A stretch of 64,000 nucleotides of DNA from Promethearchaeota archaeon (GTDB lineage Archaea; Asgardarchaeota; Lokiarchaeia; Sigyniarchaeales; SOKP01), in the NCBI GenBank assembly GCA_048939995.1, contig JBHLOY010000003.1, forward strand, positions 256,001 to 320,000. The letters run 5' to 3'. The notes under the pieces are model-generated. The model saw nothing but the letters and a program-made list of their open reading frames with translations, did no database searches and had not been told where the DNA came from. The translations under genes were made by a program, and so were the position numbers. Below, piece by piece: positions 60,703-64,000 of the stretch (the stretch's first letter is position 1; each line of letters opens with the position of its first letter).

Positions 60703-62949
60703 TCACTCTAGCCCTGTTTCTAAAAATTTCTTTTGGTTCTTTACTTTTTTAAATATAAGGATTGATACAATAAATAAAATACAATATAGAAACATCATGT
60801 TATATCCGGGCACTGTTTCATTGTCTTCATTGTCTTCTCCGTAATTGCAGAATTGATTATCTTTAAAAATATTTCCTATACAATCCAATTCTTTTACACA
60901 CTCAGTATTCCCAAAAATAATGTTTTCATAGATATAATTGTAATTACTATGATCAAGGAATATACTGCAGCTATTATTGTTTACAATGTTTCCTGATATA
61001 CTGTTGTAATTACTAAAATAAAGCTGTATTCCATACTGATTCTTGTTTACTATGTTTCCTAAAAAAGTATTAGAATGACTATAATGTAAGTAAATCCCAG
61101 GACCAGCATTATTGTTTGCAATTATTCCGGAAATTGTATTATTATTACAGTAGTATAATGACAGCCCTAATGAACAAAAAGAAAGAATTTGGGATAATAT
61201 CGTCGAGTTATTACAATTAACAAGAATAATTTGTCCTGCATTTACAAAATCATTTAATCCTAAATTAATTTCATTCTTGTAATAATATAGTGGTCTTCCA
61301 TTTACTAAATTTGTAGTATCTATATTATTGGAACTTAATTCATTTCTGGATCCATACAATCTTCCTAATCCGCACTCATTCATAATATTTCTTCTAAAAG
61401 TATTATTAAGGTTATAATATATAAACATCCCATATTGGCTATTGTTTATGATATTGTCAATAATTATACTATTCGTAGCAGAACCTAATTCTATTCCAAA
61501 ATTCTTATTATTAATTAGTTTATTTTGGGAAAAGAGGTTATCATCACCATACGATAAATATATCCCCTCAGTACTATTATTTATAGCGTTTTCCACTATA
61601 TCATTATGGTTGCAATTATATCCAAATGATATTCCACAATAATCTGCATATATAATATTTTTTAAAATCTTATTACGATCACTGCTCCATAAATCTATAC
61701 CAACGCCACAACCATCTAATTCATTATCTGAAATGAAGTTACCATGACAGTATCTCAATTCTATCCCATAAATGTTATTATTGTTTAAAATACTCCCTGA
61801 AATATTGTTTTGGTTGCTATAATAAAGCTTTATTCCGTACTGGTTATTGTTTAATGTGTTTCCTAAAAAAGTATTAGAATGACTATAATGTAAGTAAATC
61901 CCAGAACCCCTATTATTTTTTGCGATGATTCCCGAAATTGTATTATTCGTACAGTAGTATAATGATAGCCCCAAAGAACAAAAAGAAAGATTTTGGGATG
62001 ATACCATTGAGTTATTACAATTAACTAAAATAATCTGTCCTGCATTTAAAAAATCGTTTGATTCTAAATTAATTTCATTCTTGTAATAATATAATGGCTT
62101 TCCATTTACTAAATTTGTAGAATCTATATTATTGGAACTTAATTCCTCACTCGTTCCAGGTCCAAAGAAGTGTCCAAACCCGCATTCACTCATGATATTT
62201 TTTCTAAAAGTATTATTAAGGCTATGAGATAAGCTCATCCCCGAAAGACAACTATTAAGAATATTATCTAATATTACGTTATTCTCCGCAGAAACTAATC
62301 TTATACCTTCCTCCTTATAATTTACTCTATTTCCAGATACATTATTATTAGATCCAAAAATATGTATCCCTGCAATACCAATATTAACAACATTACCTAT
62401 AATTTTGTTCTTATTGCTATTAGCTAAATGTATGCCATAATCATTATTATTTACGTTGTTCTCTTTAATAGTATTATTATTACTATTCTCTAAGTTTATT
62501 CCTTTTCGGTTATATGAACAGTTATTTCTAATTACCATTCCATTATTAACTCCGAACAAGTTTATTCCCGCATCCTTGGTGTACCATTCACTGCCAGAAT
62601 TATAAATCGTGCAATTTTCAATTTTAAAATATACGTTAGAATTTTCAATAATGATACAGCTTCCTAATCCTCCACCATCTATTATTAAGTCTTCAATATA
62701 GTAAGGATCAGTAAATGTGCCTGAACCAGTGCAGTTGCCAGCATTTCTAAAAGCAACCCAGCCAGAATTATCGATAATGCGGATTCTTACAGAACTTCTG
62801 GAACTAATTAGATTTTCTAATCTTATTTCAGAGTTACCTGTATATTCATCCCTATTATCAAGGTGATAATTTAAATTGAAATTTACCAGAGAAAATAATA
62901 GAAATGTAACTCCTAAGGTTATGAAAATAACTTTTATTCTAGATTTCAT
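60703..62949 (-). CDS. NosD-like right-handed beta-helix surface protein with C-terminal PGY-TM-basic sorting tail
   Basis: GI.L..S.NN.I..N repeats; GSGT..DPY.IE; TNLVNG.PLYYY twice; VPGY + TM + KKVK. Confidence 0.88.
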   Translation of the reverse strand: MKSRIKVIFITLGVTFLLFSLVNFNLNYHLDNRDEYTGNSEIRLENLISSRSSVRIRIIDNSGWVAFRNAGNCTGSGTFTDPYYIEDLIIDGGGLGSCIIIENSNVYFKIENCTIYNSGSEWYTKDAGINLFGVNNGMVIRNNCSYNRKGINLENSNNNTIKENNVNNNDYGIHLANSNKNKIIGNVVNIGIAGIHIFGSNNNVSGNRVNYKEEGIRLVSAENNVILDNILNSCLSGMSLSHSLNNTFRKNIMSECGFGHFFGPGTSEELSSNNIDSTNLVNGKPLYYYKNEINLESNDFLNAGQIILVNCNNSMVSSQNLSFCSLGLSLYYCTNNTISGIIAKNNRGSGIYLHYSHSNTFLGNTLNNNQYGIKLYYSNQNNISGSILNNNNIYGIELRYCHGNFISDNELDGCGVGIDLWSSDRNKILKNIIYADYCGISFGYNCNHNDIVENAINNSTEGIYLSYGDDNLFSQNKLINNKNFGIELGSATNSIIIDNIINNSQYGMFIYYNLNNTFRRNIMNECGLGRLYGSRNELSSNNIDTTNLVNGRPLYYYKNEINLGLNDFVNAGQIILVNCNNSTILSQILSFCSLGLSLYYCNNNTISGIIANNNAGPGIYLHYSHSNTFLGNIVNKNQYGIQLYFSNYNSISGNIVNNNSCSIFLDHSNYNYIYENIIFGNTECVKELDCIGNIFKDNQFCNYGEDNEDNETVPGYNMMFLYCILFIVSILIFKKVKNQKKFLETGLE

Positions 62950-63026
62950 ATTTCGCTAGCAATTGGTATTTACCAATAATAAATATTCTAAGTGGCAATT
63001 TAAATCTTATCTTTCTATTAGAAATC

Positions 63027-63686
63027 TTAGAATGTGAATGAAACTTTAAAAGGAAGGTTTTTAAGAATATCTTTAGCTTTATTCTTAAATTCATCAGAAA
63101 TAGATTCAAACCCATTCCCTGTAAAAGTATTCACTGAAAAATGGTCAGGTTTAATATCCAACAAAAATGTTTTTAGGTCTAGCATATCGTTAAGATTATC
63201 GTTGACACCGTCTATGAGTATCGCATACACCCTAAAACGACCTTCAAACTCTTTTCGGAAAGTTTTAATCCCATCTAGGATAGCTTGAACATTTACTTCC
63301 TCATCACATACACAAGATTTAAAAAAAGTTAATGGATTTACTGTATTCAAATTAGTGACGATTAGATCACATTGGGAGAGTTCTTTACGAACTATTTTAT
63401 ATCGAAATAATGAACAATTAACATACACTCCCAATTTCTGGTTAGGAAATTCTCTTTTTACTCTTTTAAGCAATTCTTGAAATCCATAAAATAGTTCCAT
63501 ATTTTTGACTCCTTTTAACCAGATATAATCTGGTTTTCCCTTCTTTTTGAAATAATCTTTAATTTCAGAGAATATAGCCTCTACAGGATAAAATTGAATT
63601 GACTCCTCGTTAGATTTAAGATTAATTGGTAAAATTTTTCCAAATTTCGAATTAATTTGCATCTCTTTTAAATGTATATACCCCAA
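63027..63686 (-). CDS. Radical-SAM-fold protein lacking CxxxCxxC, module copy 3
   Basis: Close paralog of 56258-56914 (PDYIWLKG, FPNQK.GVY.NCSLF, PDHFSVN.FTG). Confidence 0.82.
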   Translation of the reverse strand: MGYIHLKEMQINSKFGKILPINLKSNEESIQFYPVEAIFSEIKDYFKKKGKPDYIWLKGVKNMELFYGFQELLKRVKREFPNQKLGVYVNCSLFRYKIVRKELSQCDLIVTNLNTVNPLTFFKSCVCDEEVNVQAILDGIKTFRKEFEGRFRVYAILIDGVNDNLNDMLDLKTFLLDIKPDHFSVNTFTGNGFESISDEFKNKAKDILKNLPFKVSFTF

Positions 63687-63704
63687 TTACTCACCTAAAT
63701 GCTT

Positions 63705-64000
63705 TTAATTATACATATCTTTTATTAATGGTAATGTCTTTCCTTTTACCTCATTCATTTTTTTAAAGCATTTTTTAGCTTCCTCTGTATTACCAAGATT
63801 TTTATAACATTCTCCCATTTTGCGGTAGGTTTCAAAAATATACCATCCTGAGGGATTGATTTCAATCGCTTTTTCAAATTTCTCTATCGCACTTTCATAT
63901 CTTTTCAGTTCCATCAAAATTTCTCCATAAGTATCATAAGAATTTCCTTCTTCGGGATCAATTTCTATTAATTTCTCTATTGTTTCAAGTGCTTCTTCTA
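63705..64000 (-). CDS. C-terminal TPR end of a third wH-TPR paralog (partial)
   Basis: EEALETIEKLIEIDPEEGNSYDTYGEIL...INPSGWYIFETYRKM matches copy 2 DPEDGNSYDTYAELL...INPTAWYISDTYRKM. Confidence 0.8.
   Translation of the reverse strand, partial: EEALETIEKLIEIDPEEGNSYDTYGEILMELKRYESAIEKFEKAIEINPSGWYIFETYRKMGECYKNLGNTEEAKKCFKKMNEVKGKTLPLIKDMYN

Noticed and set aside
1-64000. CRISPR array, tRNA/rRNA, transposase, integrase or reverse transcriptase (DGR/retron)
   Set aside because: No repeats with 30-40 bp spacers, no GC-rich structural RNA tract and no catalytic motifs in the ORFs I could read.

Overview
Very AT-rich archaeal-type DNA, most likely from an Asgard archaeon (Lokiarchaeia/Promethearchaeota). 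This is an inference from a longin-like/GTPase/roadblock/GTPase fusion, a stand-alone roadblock protein, a C-terminal PGY-TM-basic sorting tail and the TATA-box/GGAGG-GGTG signals. I saw no rRNA, tRNA, CRISPR array, transposase or integrase. The window is an accessory-type mosaic of surface proteins (DUF2341/LamG, LVIVD, beta-helix), anaerobic metabolic genes (hydroxyacyl-CoA dehydratase activase-like pair, AOR, B12 radical SAM, LLM oxidoreductase), small membrane proteins and several gene fragments. The most striking structure is a module present three times: a large tandem winged-helix + TPR protein followed directly by a radical-SAM-fold gene. The CxxxCxxC motif is intact in one copy and cleanly deleted in the other two. 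The two complete copies face small divergent ORFs across a conserved promoter. One of these operons ends in a 23-aa peptide (MNK...I.VI.NPAYI.Y) that has a second 23-aa paralog 3 kb away; both are below the ORF-track cutoff. Together they suggest an undescribed peptide-responsive (RRNPP/Rgg-SHP-like) or RiPP-linked regulatory system. That interpretation is a hypothesis. Several repeated non-coding elements accompany the module.
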